Assembly (NCBI RefSeq): GCF_000012545.1 | Contig: NC_007681.1 | Span: 690,001 to 722,000 of the forward strand | Direction: 5' to 3' | Length of the DNA: 32,000 nucleotides | Source: Methanosphaera stadtmanae DSM 3091 | GTDB lineage: Archaea > Methanobacteriota > Methanobacteria > Methanobacteriales > Methanobacteriaceae | Part shown: positions 20,169 through 29,071 of the stretch, one piece after another | Layout: each line of letters opens with the position of its first letter | How positions within the stretch are numbered: position 1 is the stretch's first letter | Position numbers and translations under genes: made by a program | The notes under the pieces: model-generated | Told to the model about the DNA's origin: nothing | The model's database searches: none | What the model saw: only the letters and a program-made list of their open reading frames with translations

Positions 20169-20202
20169 ATATGTATCATATGTTATCACAAGGAAACATA
20201 AG

Positions 20203-20241
20203 AAGGAGGGATGTGGTTTAACACACACCTCCTTTTTTTTT
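20203..20241 (+). terminator. Imperfect hairpin followed by T9: intrinsic-terminator-like element after the giant gene
   Basis: AAGGAGG (20203-20209) pairs with CCTCCTT (20228-20234), with additional GTGTG/CACAC pairing inside. It runs straight into T9 (20233-20241), 35 nt after the stop codon. Confidence 0.5.
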
Positions 20242-20440
20242 ATTAAAAAAGGTATAATATGAATACAATAACAATATTATGGTTAATTACTAACTTTTGA
20301 TATAAGATTTTTTTGAATGTAAAACAGTAGATTGTTTAATGGTTAAAAAAACTCTCATAAATAGAATATAAGTAATAAGTTCTGATTTTAGGTAATTAAT
20401 TATAAATCTCTAAAAAAATAAAAATAAGGGAATCTTTTTT

Positions 20441-21163
20441 TTAATCTTCACGTAGATTATACAGTGAAGATATACTTCTTGCTAGGAATATTTGATAGTA
20501 AGCTGTTATTATTGATGTTAATATGTATGTTAATCCTATAAATGTTAATGTAAATATATTGGAATTCCAGAATAATCCCATGATTTGTCCTGAAACAATT
20601 CCTACACCCATTGATACTATGAGTATTATGAATGTTGTTAATGTAGTTATTCCTGTGAAGATAATTAATATATCAATATATAATTCAAGATATGTTTTAA
20701 CACCTATTGATTTAATTATATTGATTATTTCCATTATATTCAAGGTTTTAATTACATCACCATTATTATAAACCATGTGTGGTGTAGATATTAAGAATAG
20801 GAAAAATATTACAAGCCATAATAGAATTGTAAATAATATGAATAAGTAGAATGATATTCCTAAGGCTCCTACAAGTATTCCAATAATTAATACTAAAACA
20901 CATGGTATAATATAGAATAATTTTGTAAGAATTACTCTAAAACCATTTGATAATAGATTTGTATAGTTATTAAATTCTGGTAATGGTTCTATAAAGTTTA
21001 TTACACCTTTTAGGGACTGTTGTTGTATTCTATAATAATATCCTTCTGCTATAAGTAAAGGTATTATTAGAAATCCAAATATGTATAATATGGATAATTG
21101 TAATAATTTTTTAGTGTCTTGTTGTGAATAATCAACAGCATCCTTAAGTATTTCAAAGATCAT
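20441..21163 (-). CDS. Polytopic membrane protein, DUF4013-like
   Basis: 240 aa. The N-terminus [46 protein letters not shown] resembles the DUF4013 pattern (soluble cap, then a TM segment ending in GY..RI), followed by several more TM segments. The start overlaps the XRE gene by 11 nt. Confidence 0.5.
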   Translation of the reverse strand: MIFEILKDAVDYSQQDTKKLLQLSILYIFGFLIIPLLIAEGYYYRIQQQSLKGVINFIEPLPEFNNYTNLLSNGFRVILTKLFYIIPCVLVLIIGILVGALGISFYLFILFTILLWLVIFFLFLISTPHMVYNNGDVIKTLNIMEIINIIKSIGVKTYLELYIDILIIFTGITTLTTFIILIVSMGVGIVSGQIMGLFWNSNIFTLTFIGLTYILTSIITAYYQIFLARSISSLYNLRED

Positions 21164-21371
21164 TTATTTCCTCTTCTTCATCTAATAAGAAAACATCTTC
21201 TATTTTTTCTTGTTTTAAAATTTTCGTTATTTGGTATGCTAAAATTAATGATGGATTGTATCTTCCATGTTCAAGGGCACTGATTGTTTGTCTTGCAACA
21301 TTAACTTTTTTAGCAAGGTCTTGTTGACTAATTCCCATCTCTTGACGTAAATATCGAACTTTAGTTTTCAT
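21153..21371 (-). CDS. XRE/Cro-C1-family helix-turn-helix transcriptional regulator
   Basis: 72 aa. [41 protein letters not shown] is a canonical HTH_XRE domain, followed by an acidic tail DEEEEINDL. Confidence 0.85.
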   Translation of the reverse strand: MKTKVRYLRQEMGISQQDLAKKVNVARQTISALEHGRYNPSLILAYQITKILKQEKIEDVFLLDEEEEINDL

Positions 21372-21447
21372 ATAATAAAAACAACACCTTTTATACCTAT
21401 TACATTCTTATTTGTATCTTCTATTATTTACTATTTAAGAATATAAT

Positions 21448-22185
21448 CTAGAGAGTAATATCTGTTTTTGTAAAGTATAACCAAGATAATATGAATCCAA
21501 TTATAGATATGAGTATTATTACTGTAAATGGTATTAGTGGACTTTGATTATATATTAGGCTATTTATATATGGTTGATATGTTGATAGTAAATATACTGC
21601 TGTTCCTGGATTATATACTGATAATTTATCACCTATTGACATTACATTTGCAAGTACCATTGCCACTCCACATATAATACTTGGAATTATATTTTTAAGT
21701 AGCATTGTTATAAAGATAAATGGAGTTATTAATAAAAATAACAATACATCAGCAATATATAATTCCTTTAAGAAAATCATTAAGGATTGTGTTGTTAATT
21801 GTGTTGCACCTCCAATGTATCCTACAAATATTGTACTTAAATAAAATATAAGTGTTAATATTGACATCCATATGAATATCACTACTAGTTTTGATATTAT
21901 AAATTTAGTTCGTGATAATGGTGTAGTTATCACAGTTTTAAGGGTATGTTCTGTGTATTCTCTATTGAATATGTATGTAGCAAGTAGTATGTATAATAGA
22001 AAACCAAATAATAGTGTTACATATTCTAATGATTGTTCAAATAATAGGCTGTAGGTAAATGTTGATTCTATTTTAATCATCATAACAAGTAGTAGTATTG
22101 CTGGTACTAAACTTCCAAATAGTGTTATTGTAAACATTCTGGAACGTTTAAGTTTTAGAAATTCACCTTCTATTAATTCAAACAT
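21448..22185 (-). CDS. ABC-2-type transporter permease
   Basis: 245 aa. The N-terminus MFELIEGEFLKLKRSRMF is typical of ABC-2 / peptide-immunity-type permeases, and about six hydrophobic segments follow. 13-nt overlap with the upstream ATPase gene. Confidence 0.7.
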   Translation of the reverse strand: MFELIEGEFLKLKRSRMFTITLFGSLVPAILLLVMMIKIESTFTYSLLFEQSLEYVTLLFGFLLYILLATYIFNREYTEHTLKTVITTPLSRTKFIISKLVVIFIWMSILTLIFYLSTIFVGYIGGATQLTTQSLMIFLKELYIADVLLFLLITPFIFITMLLKNIIPSIICGVAMVLANVMSIGDKLSVYNPGTAVYLLSTYQPYINSLIYNQSPLIPFTVIILISIIGFILSWLYFTKTDITL

Positions 22186-23087
22186 TCTATTTCATCTCCT
22201 ATTACTTTTAAATAGTATTCATCTAGGGTATCTTGTTGTATTTTAATTTGATATACATCTATGTTATTTTTTACAAATAACTTATTAATTTGACTGATTT
22301 TATCGAAGTCTTTCCTTATTATTATCTGATTCTTATTAATTTCTGGTATTATTTTAAATGCTTTTTTAAGTATATATGATGCTTTATAGGTATCTGATAC
22401 TTCAATTTGAATGTATTTTTTAGTTTTTTCCCTGAATGTATTCATACTTATTTGTTCTAATAGTTGTCCATGGTGTATTATACCAATTGTATCTACTAGT
22501 TGTTCTATTTCTGAGAGTATGTGGGATGATATTATGATTGTTGTATTGTTTTTTGTGGCTAATTTCTTTAAATATTGTCTAATTTCCTGTATACCTAATG
22601 GATCTAGACCATTTATTGGTTCATCTAATATGAGTATGTCTGGATTGTTCATGATTGTTAGTGCTATTGCTAGTCTTTGTTTCATTCCAAGAGAGTATGC
22701 TTTAACTAATTTTTTATTATTAGTAAGTCCCATTGTATTTAGTGCATGTTCTACTTTTTCTTTGTTGTAGTTTCCTTGTATTTTAGAGAAGTATTTTAGA
22801 TTTTCAAATCCTGTTAGATTTTCATAAAATCCAGGTGTTTCTATTATAACTCCTATTTTTTTGTATATGTCTATGTTTTCTTGGGGATTTTTTCCAAATA
22901 TTCTTATTTGGCCTGATGTTTTTTCACTTAGATTTGTTAAAAGACACATTGTTGTTGTTTTTCCTGCACCATTTTGTCCTAGTAGGCCATATATTTCACC
23001 TTCTTTTATTTTTAGATTTAGATTATTAACTACTGTGTCATTTTTATATTTCTTTGTTAGATTTTGTGTTTGAATTATGTATTCCAT
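22173..23087 (-). CDS. ABC transporter ATP-binding protein (ABC-2 / BcrA-like subfamily)
   Basis: 304 aa with Walker A GQNGAGKTT, signature YSLGMKQRL, Walker B ILILDEP and H-loop SSHIL, plus an extra C-terminal domain of about 80 aa. GGAGG lies 6 nt upstream of the ATG. Confidence 0.9.
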   Translation of the reverse strand: MEYIIQTQNLTKKYKNDTVVNNLNLKIKEGEIYGLLGQNGAGKTTTMCLLTNLSEKTSGQIRIFGKNPQENIDIYKKIGVIIETPGFYENLTGFENLKYFSKIQGNYNKEKVEHALNTMGLTNNKKLVKAYSLGMKQRLAIALTIMNNPDILILDEPINGLDPLGIQEIRQYLKKLATKNNTTIIISSHILSEIEQLVDTIGIIHHGQLLEQISMNTFREKTKKYIQIEVSDTYKASYILKKAFKIIPEINKNQIIIRKDFDKISQINKLFVKNNIDVYQIKIQQDTLDEYYLKVIGDEIECLN

Positions 23088-23134
23088 TTTTTTCCTCCAT
23101 TATTGTCAACTATAAAATATATTTATTGTTAGAA

Positions 23135-23194
23135 ATACATTCCAAATGTTAAATATATATTCCATATGTTAAAATTATATTCCATAGTATTTAT
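23135..23194 (-). promoter_or_regulatory. Three direct repeats at exact 20-bp phasing, upstream of the ABC-operon TATA-like box
   Basis: Plus-strand units are ATACATTCCAAATGTTAAAT (23135-23154), ATATATTCCATATGTTAAAA (23155-23174) and TTATATTCCATAGTATTTAT (23175-23194). The core A(C/T)ATTCCA(A/T)A is conserved in all three. The repeats lie 48-107 nt upstream of the ATG at 23087. Confidence 0.5.
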
Positions 23195-23392
23195 AAGTAT
23201 GGTATGAAAAAATAAAATAAAAAAAGAAATAAAAACCCTTAAATAATAAATAAATGGATATAATGGATTTCTTTTAAATAATCCCCAATATTTAAAAAGT
23301 TATGTGTAAAATCTCAAAAAAACAATTGAAGAAAACTTATTAATAACTAAATATAAACATCATATTTAATTAAAAATTATAATGATGAAAAT

Positions 23393-24070
23393 ATGTATGA
23401 AAAAATAAGAGATTCACTCTATGAAATAAAAACAGAACGTCCAAGCTGTACAAGCTATCTTATATTAGATGAACAGAAAAATATTCTAATAGACCCAGGA
23501 CTATATCAAAAATTTGATATGTTAAAAGAAAATATTGAAGAAATTGGAATAAAAATAGAGGATATAGATATAGTTTTAAATACTCATGAACATTATGATT
23601 ACTTTGGAGCAAATAAATATTTCCAAAATACTGCAATAATAATGGCATATAAACTAGCATCTACTAAAATAATCAATGCAGATAATGAAATAATAAATTG
23701 TAGATGTAATAATGAAAATCCTGATGGATTTCAGATACATGTAGGACTTGAAAATAATAATGTTATAGAAGTAGGTAACTGGACACTAAAAGTATTATAC
23801 ACACCAGGACACACATCAGGTTCAGTATGCTACTATGAAGAAGAAAAAAGAATACTATTTACTGGAGACACAGTATATGCCAAGGGAACAATATCTGACT
23901 TAAGCTACTCTGGAAACTATGGATCATACATTAAAAGTCTAAATACACTAAACTCTCTAAAAGTAAATACAATGCTACCAGGTCATGGAGCAATATCAAC
24001 AGATGTGGAAGAAGATCTAAATAAGGCAATATTAAATGCAACAAGAAGATATGAAGGTATGACACAATAA
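23393..24070 (+). CDS. Metallo-beta-lactamase-fold hydrolase
   Basis: 225 aa with NTHEHYDYFG (a variant of the HxHxDH motif), TPGHTSGS, FTGDT and LPGHG metal-ligand motifs in the canonical order. Confidence 0.85.
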   Translation: MYEKIRDSLYEIKTERPSCTSYLILDEQKNILIDPGLYQKFDMLKENIEEIGIKIEDIDIVLNTHEHYDYFGANKYFQNTAIIMAYKLASTKIINADNEIINCRCNNENPDGFQIHVGLENNNVIEVGNWTLKVLYTPGHTSGSVCYYEEEKRILFTGDTVYAKGTISDLSYSGNYGSYIKSLNTLNSLKVNTMLPGHGAISTDVEEDLNKAILNATRRYEGMTQ

Positions 24071-24114
24071 AAAAAAAAGTGGAGTAGAATAAAACTATAT
24101 TCTACTTTAAATCC

Positions 24115-25287
24115 CTATTTCAGGGCAATATCCATAACAGTAAATTTCTTACTATTTTTAGAATGTTGGTTTTCAAGTCCAACATTTAAAGTAAAATTAA
24201 AATCCTTTTCAACAACATCATTTAATTCATCAAATGCAAGATTTAAATTCTCATTCATTAAATTATCAATCTTATCAAGAATCATTTTATAAGCCTCACA
24301 ATAAGGATCAACACATTCTACCCTATTATCAGTAATTGTAAGAGCATTATATGGACATCCACCACGACAATAATCCATATGTTTACAATCCTTACAATTC
24401 TCATCAACAAAATCCTTATAATCAATAAGTAATAATTCAGCCTTACTACTCATTAAATCATCATATGATGGCTTATCACTAACATGTCCAATAACATATT
24501 CTGGCATATCAACAAATCTATAACACGGATAAATACTACCATCAGGGCCAATAGCAAAAGTACTACCCATACAATCAACATAAGTACATACAAAACCTTT
24601 ACGCATAAACACAGCCTTACATAGATGATCAATATTTTTTAATTCTATAACATCAGCTAAGTTGAGATATTCATCAAGAAGATATAGTAATAATTCACCA
24701 TAATCCTCAACATCAAGGGCAAAATTATCACTTTTATGACTTTTAATAGAAGGAAGTGCAGGATGAATCTTCATATTCAATCCATTTTCCTTAAAGAAAT
24801 TAAAAATTTCCTCCTTATGTTTAATAGAATAATTAGTAAAAGTACTAATAAAACTCACATCTAAGCCATGTTTTTTTGCAATCTCATAACCCTTCATTGT
24901 TTTTTCATAATATCCAACACCACGTTGAATATCATTAAGTTCTTGAGGTCCATCAAGACTACTGCCTATTGGAATTTCATACTTTTTGAATAAAGAAGCT
25001 AACTTATCATCCATTTTCCATAGATTTGTTTGAATTGCAAAGGCAGGATATAAATCACTAAGCTCTTTACTTATTTTATCTAATGAATATTCAAAGAACT
25101 CATAACCTGCAAGTAAAGGTTCTCCTCCATGGAATGTGAAAGTAACAGGTTCTTTCTTAAAAGTCTTTAGCCACTCAACAATATCATCCATTGTCTTAGT
25201 AGACATACAAAGAGATGTTGTCTCTGAACTCCAACAATAACTACAATTTGCTGGACATCCCATTGTTGGTATTATCATTACATGCAC
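24115..25287 (-). CDS. Radical SAM enzyme with C-terminal SPASM domain (anaerobic-sulfatase-maturase-like peptide/protein-modifying family)
   Basis: 390 aa. The N-terminal CPANCSYC is a CX3CX2C cluster motif. The C-terminal CKDCKHMDYCRGGC is the CX2CX5CX3C SPASM core, with flanking Cys residues at CYRF and CVDPYC. The probable start is GTG 25287, with AGGTGA 5 nt upstream; an alternative ATG lies at 25278. Confidence 0.85.
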   Translation of the reverse strand: MHVMIIPTMGCPANCSYCWSSETTSLCMSTKTMDDIVEWLKTFKKEPVTFTFHGGEPLLAGYEFFEYSLDKISKELSDLYPAFAIQTNLWKMDDKLASLFKKYEIPIGSSLDGPQELNDIQRGVGYYEKTMKGYEIAKKHGLDVSFISTFTNYSIKHKEEIFNFFKENGLNMKIHPALPSIKSHKSDNFALDVEDYGELLLYLLDEYLNLADVIELKNIDHLCKAVFMRKGFVCTYVDCMGSTFAIGPDGSIYPCYRFVDMPEYVIGHVSDKPSYDDLMSSKAELLLIDYKDFVDENCKDCKHMDYCRGGCPYNALTITDNRVECVDPYCEAYKMILDKIDNLMNENLNLAFDELNDVVEKDFNFTLNVGLENQHSKNSKKFTVMDIALK

Positions 25288-25300
25288 TTATATCACCTAA

Positions 25301-27079
25301 TTAATCTTCAAGATAGTAGTATTCACCTTGTTCTTTTTGTTGTCTGTCAAGATAACTATCTGTTTTATTTACTCTTGGTCTGTTTGTTTCCTTATCACGT
25401 CTAAATGAAATATCAACATCAGATAAGAATTTATTCATAGCATCTCTTAGGTGAATTGGTGCTGTTGAATGACCAGATACTCCAGATTCACCATAAAATA
25501 CCATTGCTTTATCAGATATATAATCAATAAAGATAATATCATGGTCAATAATAATAGCTGATGTATCATCCCTTGTTATTAAGTGTTTTATTGCTTTAGC
25601 AACTTTTAGTCTTTGTTCAACATCAAGGAATGCTGTAGGTTCATCAAGAAGATAAACATCTGCATCTTGTGATAGAGTTACAGCTGTAGCTAATCTTTGT
25701 AATTCTCCACCAGATAATTTACTTACTTGTTTATCAAGAATCTTATCTAAATCAAAAGGTTTTGAAATATCTGTTTTAAATACATTTGTTCCATAACCCT
25801 TTGCATGCATAAATAAGAAATCTTGTACCGAACCTTCAAAGTCAGATAAGATATACTGTGGTTTATATGCAATTTCAATCTCTTCTTCAACTTCACCACT
25901 ATCAGGTTTTACAACTCCAGCTAATATTTTAGCGTATGTTGTTTTACCAATACCATTTGGTCCAAATGCTGTTATTACTTGACTTTGATTAACTTCACCA
26001 GCATCAACTTTAAGTTCGAAGTTATCATATTTCTTATGGAAGTCAGTGTATGTTGTTATTGTATCTGAGTCTATTAAATCACTTGGTGGTCTTATTTCAA
26101 ATTCAATTGGTTGTTTTCTTATTCTTATATTTTCTTCTTTTAAAAATCCATTAATATATGCATTGATACCAACTCTTACACCACGAAGTTTAGATACAAC
26201 ACCATATCCTCCTTCTTCACCATACATCACATGAACATAATCACTCATAGCATCCAATGTTGCAAGGTCGTGTTCAATAACAAGTACGTTACGATTTTCT
26301 TTTGTTAAATCCCTAATTACTTCTACTGTATTTAGTCTTTGTTTAACATCAAGCCATGATGTTGGTTCATCTATATAATAGAAGTTTGCATCTTTAAGAA
26401 CTGAAGCTGCTATTGCAATTCTTTGAAGTTCCCCACCAGATAAATTTCCTAGTCTACGATCTAATGTATTTTTTAGTTCAAGTTTTTCAACAACTTCATC
26501 TAATTTATTTCTCTCATCTACACCTTCAAGAAGTTGAGATACCTTTCCTTTAACTACTTTTGGTAGTTGATCCACCATTTGTGGTTTATATGCTATTTTT
26601 ATCTCATTATTACTTAGTTTTTTAAAGTAATTTTGTAATTGTGACCCTTTAAAGTATTCAATCACATTATCCCAAGAACCTTCTTCATTGTAATTACCAA
26701 AGTTTGGTATGATTTGACCTGATAATATATTTAGTATTGTTGATTTTCCAATACCATTTGGTCCAAGTAAACCTACAACAGAACCATCTTCTATTGTTGG
26801 CATACCAAATAATTCAAAACTATTTGGCCCATATCTATGAATTGGCTTATCATCTAATACTTCGGGTAGGTTAATGATATTTATTGCATTGAATACACAC
26901 CTATTTACACATATTCCACAACCAGAACATAGTTCTTCTGATATCTCTGGTTTTTTATCATCTTCACTTATTATTATTGTATCTTCTTCCATTCTTACTC
27001 CAGGACAATACTCAATACATGCATAGTTACATTTCTTTGGTTGACATTTATCCTTTTCTAAAATAGCAATTCTAGACAA
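25301..27079 (-). CDS. abce1: ABCE1 (RNase L inhibitor homologue), ribosome-recycling ATPase
   Basis: The N-terminal 4Fe-4S domain has [15 protein letters not shown] and [11 protein letters not shown]. Two nucleotide-binding domains carry GPNGIGKST / GPNGIGKTT and two LSGGELQR signatures. The track starts at TTG 27085. However, GGGGAG abuts that codon, so the TTG at 27079 (MSRIAIL..., 6-nt spacing) is the more likely start. Confidence 0.9.
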   Translation of the reverse strand: MSRIAILEKDKCQPKKCNYACIEYCPGVRMEEDTIIISEDDKKPEISEELCSGCGICVNRCVFNAINIINLPEVLDDKPIHRYGPNSFELFGMPTIEDGSVVGLLGPNGIGKSTILNILSGQIIPNFGNYNEEGSWDNVIEYFKGSQLQNYFKKLSNNEIKIAYKPQMVDQLPKVVKGKVSQLLEGVDERNKLDEVVEKLELKNTLDRRLGNLSGGELQRIAIAASVLKDANFYYIDEPTSWLDVKQRLNTVEVIRDLTKENRNVLVIEHDLATLDAMSDYVHVMYGEEGGYGVVSKLRGVRVGINAYINGFLKEENIRIRKQPIEFEIRPPSDLIDSDTITTYTDFHKKYDNFELKVDAGEVNQSQVITAFGPNGIGKTTYAKILAGVVKPDSGEVEEEIEIAYKPQYILSDFEGSVQDFLFMHAKGYGTNVFKTDISKPFDLDKILDKQVSKLSGGELQRLATAVTLSQDADVYLLDEPTAFLDVEQRLKVAKAIKHLITRDDTSAIIIDHDIIFIDYISDKAMVFYGESGVSGHSTAPIHLRDAMNKFLSDVDISFRRDKETNRPRVNKTDSYLDRQQKEQGEYYYLED

Positions 27080-28206
27080 AAACAACTCCCCTTTTTAATA
27101 TTATAAAAAAAATAATTTATTTAAATAAAAATCTCTTTAATTTTCTATAAATATGAAAAATAATCACTATTATCAATGATTTATCAATAATATTTATATC
27201 TATAAAGATATATATTTATTTAGAATTATTATGTCACTGAAAATAAGGGTAATATCCAGTAACTTAAAATGTTTATTATTAGGGGGAGATTTATTTCCAT
27301 TACTTTTATTTTGATTTATGTATAACATATAGTAAATGTGTGATTATTTTGGACAAAAATACGGTATTATCATATCTTCTTATCAATACATCACCTAGAT
27401 GATTCTGAAAAAGAATTTTTATACAATCATCAATGATTGATAATATGTCATGGCTTAAAGAGATTGGTTAGAGGAATGTTGATGTATTTTATAAATTTTA
27501 TTGTTATTTTGTAATTTATGGATAAAAATTATTGAAACTTGTTTTTTATATTATTTTTTAGAAAAAAATAGTTTAAATCTATTTATTTTAGTTCATATTC
27601 TTAATTTAGATTTTATTAATACTTAAAATATAAATTTAATCATGTTCATGTTTAAAACATATATTTTACTTTGTAATATTTTTAAAACTATAATATGTTT
27701 CTTGATTTTTCTATGATTTCATTAAAGAATACACAATTAAATTTGAATTTTTTTTATTGTAAATTTGATATTATTTTTTATTTCCACCTATTTTTGATAT
27801 AATGGATAGGTGGTTTGATTTTTTTTTATCTTGAATATATTCTAGGGTTTTCTACAATATACTAAAGATTTAAACTATTATTCATAAAAATAATGGATTA
27901 TGTTCATTTTATTTTTATTTTCTTAGGGGCTTATTTTACTTATAATTAAAGCTTTAGGTCTATTTTCATTCCTGGTTTAAGTAATAATTAGTAGGTCTTA
28001 TATAAAGTATTTTTCAAACGCTTAACATGATTTTAAAAAGTAACAAAGAACTAATATATTCTAAAAAAAACACATAATATTTAGTTTTAAAAGATATATC
28101 TTTGTATTAATTCCTATATTTGGTATTGAAAACTTAATAATTATATACAACTAAAAACAATACATATAAATACTATAAAAATATATTTTTGTATAGGAGT
28201 GATATT

Positions 28207-28416
28207 ATGGAGACTTTACCTATTGCACCAATTGGTAGAATTCTATCAAATGCAGGTGCACCTAGAGCAACAAAAGATGCAAAAGTAGAATTATCCCAAC
28301 AATTAACAGAATTAGGGGAAATTATAGCTGACGAAGCTGTAGCTATTGCAAAGCATTCTGGTAGAAAAACAGTGAAAGCATCTGATGTTGAACTAGCGGT
28401 AAAACTCAAATTTTAA
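28207..28416 (+). CDS. Archaeal histone (HMf family)
   Basis: 69 aa: METLPIAPIGRILSNAGAPRATKDAKVELSQQLTELGEIIADEAVAIAKHSGRKTVKASDVELAVKLKF, a canonical histone fold. AGGAG lies upstream of the ATG at 28207. The track's upstream non-ATG start at 28189 is unlikely. Confidence 0.9.
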   Translation: METLPIAPIGRILSNAGAPRATKDAKVELSQQLTELGEIIADEAVAIAKHSGRKTVKASDVELAVKLKF

Positions 28417-29071
28417 AATTCTAAAAAAAAATTAAATCAACCATAAAAATTCAAAAATATTTTTTTTTATAATGAGGCAAATAACACAACATCTAAAAAT
28501 ATATGTTTTTTAAACCTCAATTTATTTTTTATTTAATAATATTTACTTATAATCAAAAAAGGAAAAAAAGAGGATTGTATTAATAATATATTCCTATTAT
28601 ATTTTATTTTTATAATAATTTTTCATGTTTGAATAATATTTTGTTTATATTTTTTTTAAAAGTAATACTTTTTAATGGAAAAGTATTTATCTTTGTATGT
28701 ATATATAATTATAACATAGAAGTAATACTATTTTTATAATTAGTATTAATTCTATATAAATATACTAAACAGAACTCTCAAATGGAATAAGTATCAAAAA
28801 GAAATAAATTAGTATAAAAACTATGAAAGAAGATTATCTAATTTGGAGAATAAAAAAACTAGCTCCCTTTAAAAATATACTCCTATAAAGAATTTAATCT
28901 TTCACATCACCTATCCTCCCCTCTTTATTTTTCCTTTTTTATAATAATTCATAATTTATAACTACTACTTTCATATTAAAAAATATAATTTCAATTAGAA
29001 ACATATGTATAATATAATAAAAAAGAAAAATGTCTTTTGACATTTTAATAATTTTTTAGGAGTTTATCTTA

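Noticed and set aside
12882-20179. About a dozen 60-113-aa minus-strand ORFs within the giant adhesin-like gene
   Set aside because: All lie antisense to a 7.4-kb uninterrupted ORF that has a signal peptide and a repeated domain architecture. They are expected by chance because the A/C/T-rich sense strand has few reverse-strand stop codons.
20523-23073. Plus-strand ORFs 20523-20771, 21872-22054, 22411-22770 and 22861-23073
   Set aside because: They are antisense to the DUF4013-like, ABC-2 permease and ABC ATPase genes, which carry strong motifs. None has independent support.
23302-23343. 13-codon ORF (MCKISKKQLKKTY) and other tiny ORFs examined as possible RiPP precursors for the radical SAM/SPASM enzyme
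   Set aside because: It has no RBS, only a single Cys, is too short, and lies 0.8 kb from the enzyme gene on the opposite strand. No convincing precursor peptide was found in 23088-23392 or 24071-24114, so I do not call a RiPP cluster.
28189-28206. Upstream start for the histone ORF as given in the track (MYRSDIMETLP...)
   Set aside because: Position 28189 is not an ATG, and the AGGAG RBS lies inside this extension. The ATG at 28207 gives the canonical 69-aa histone.
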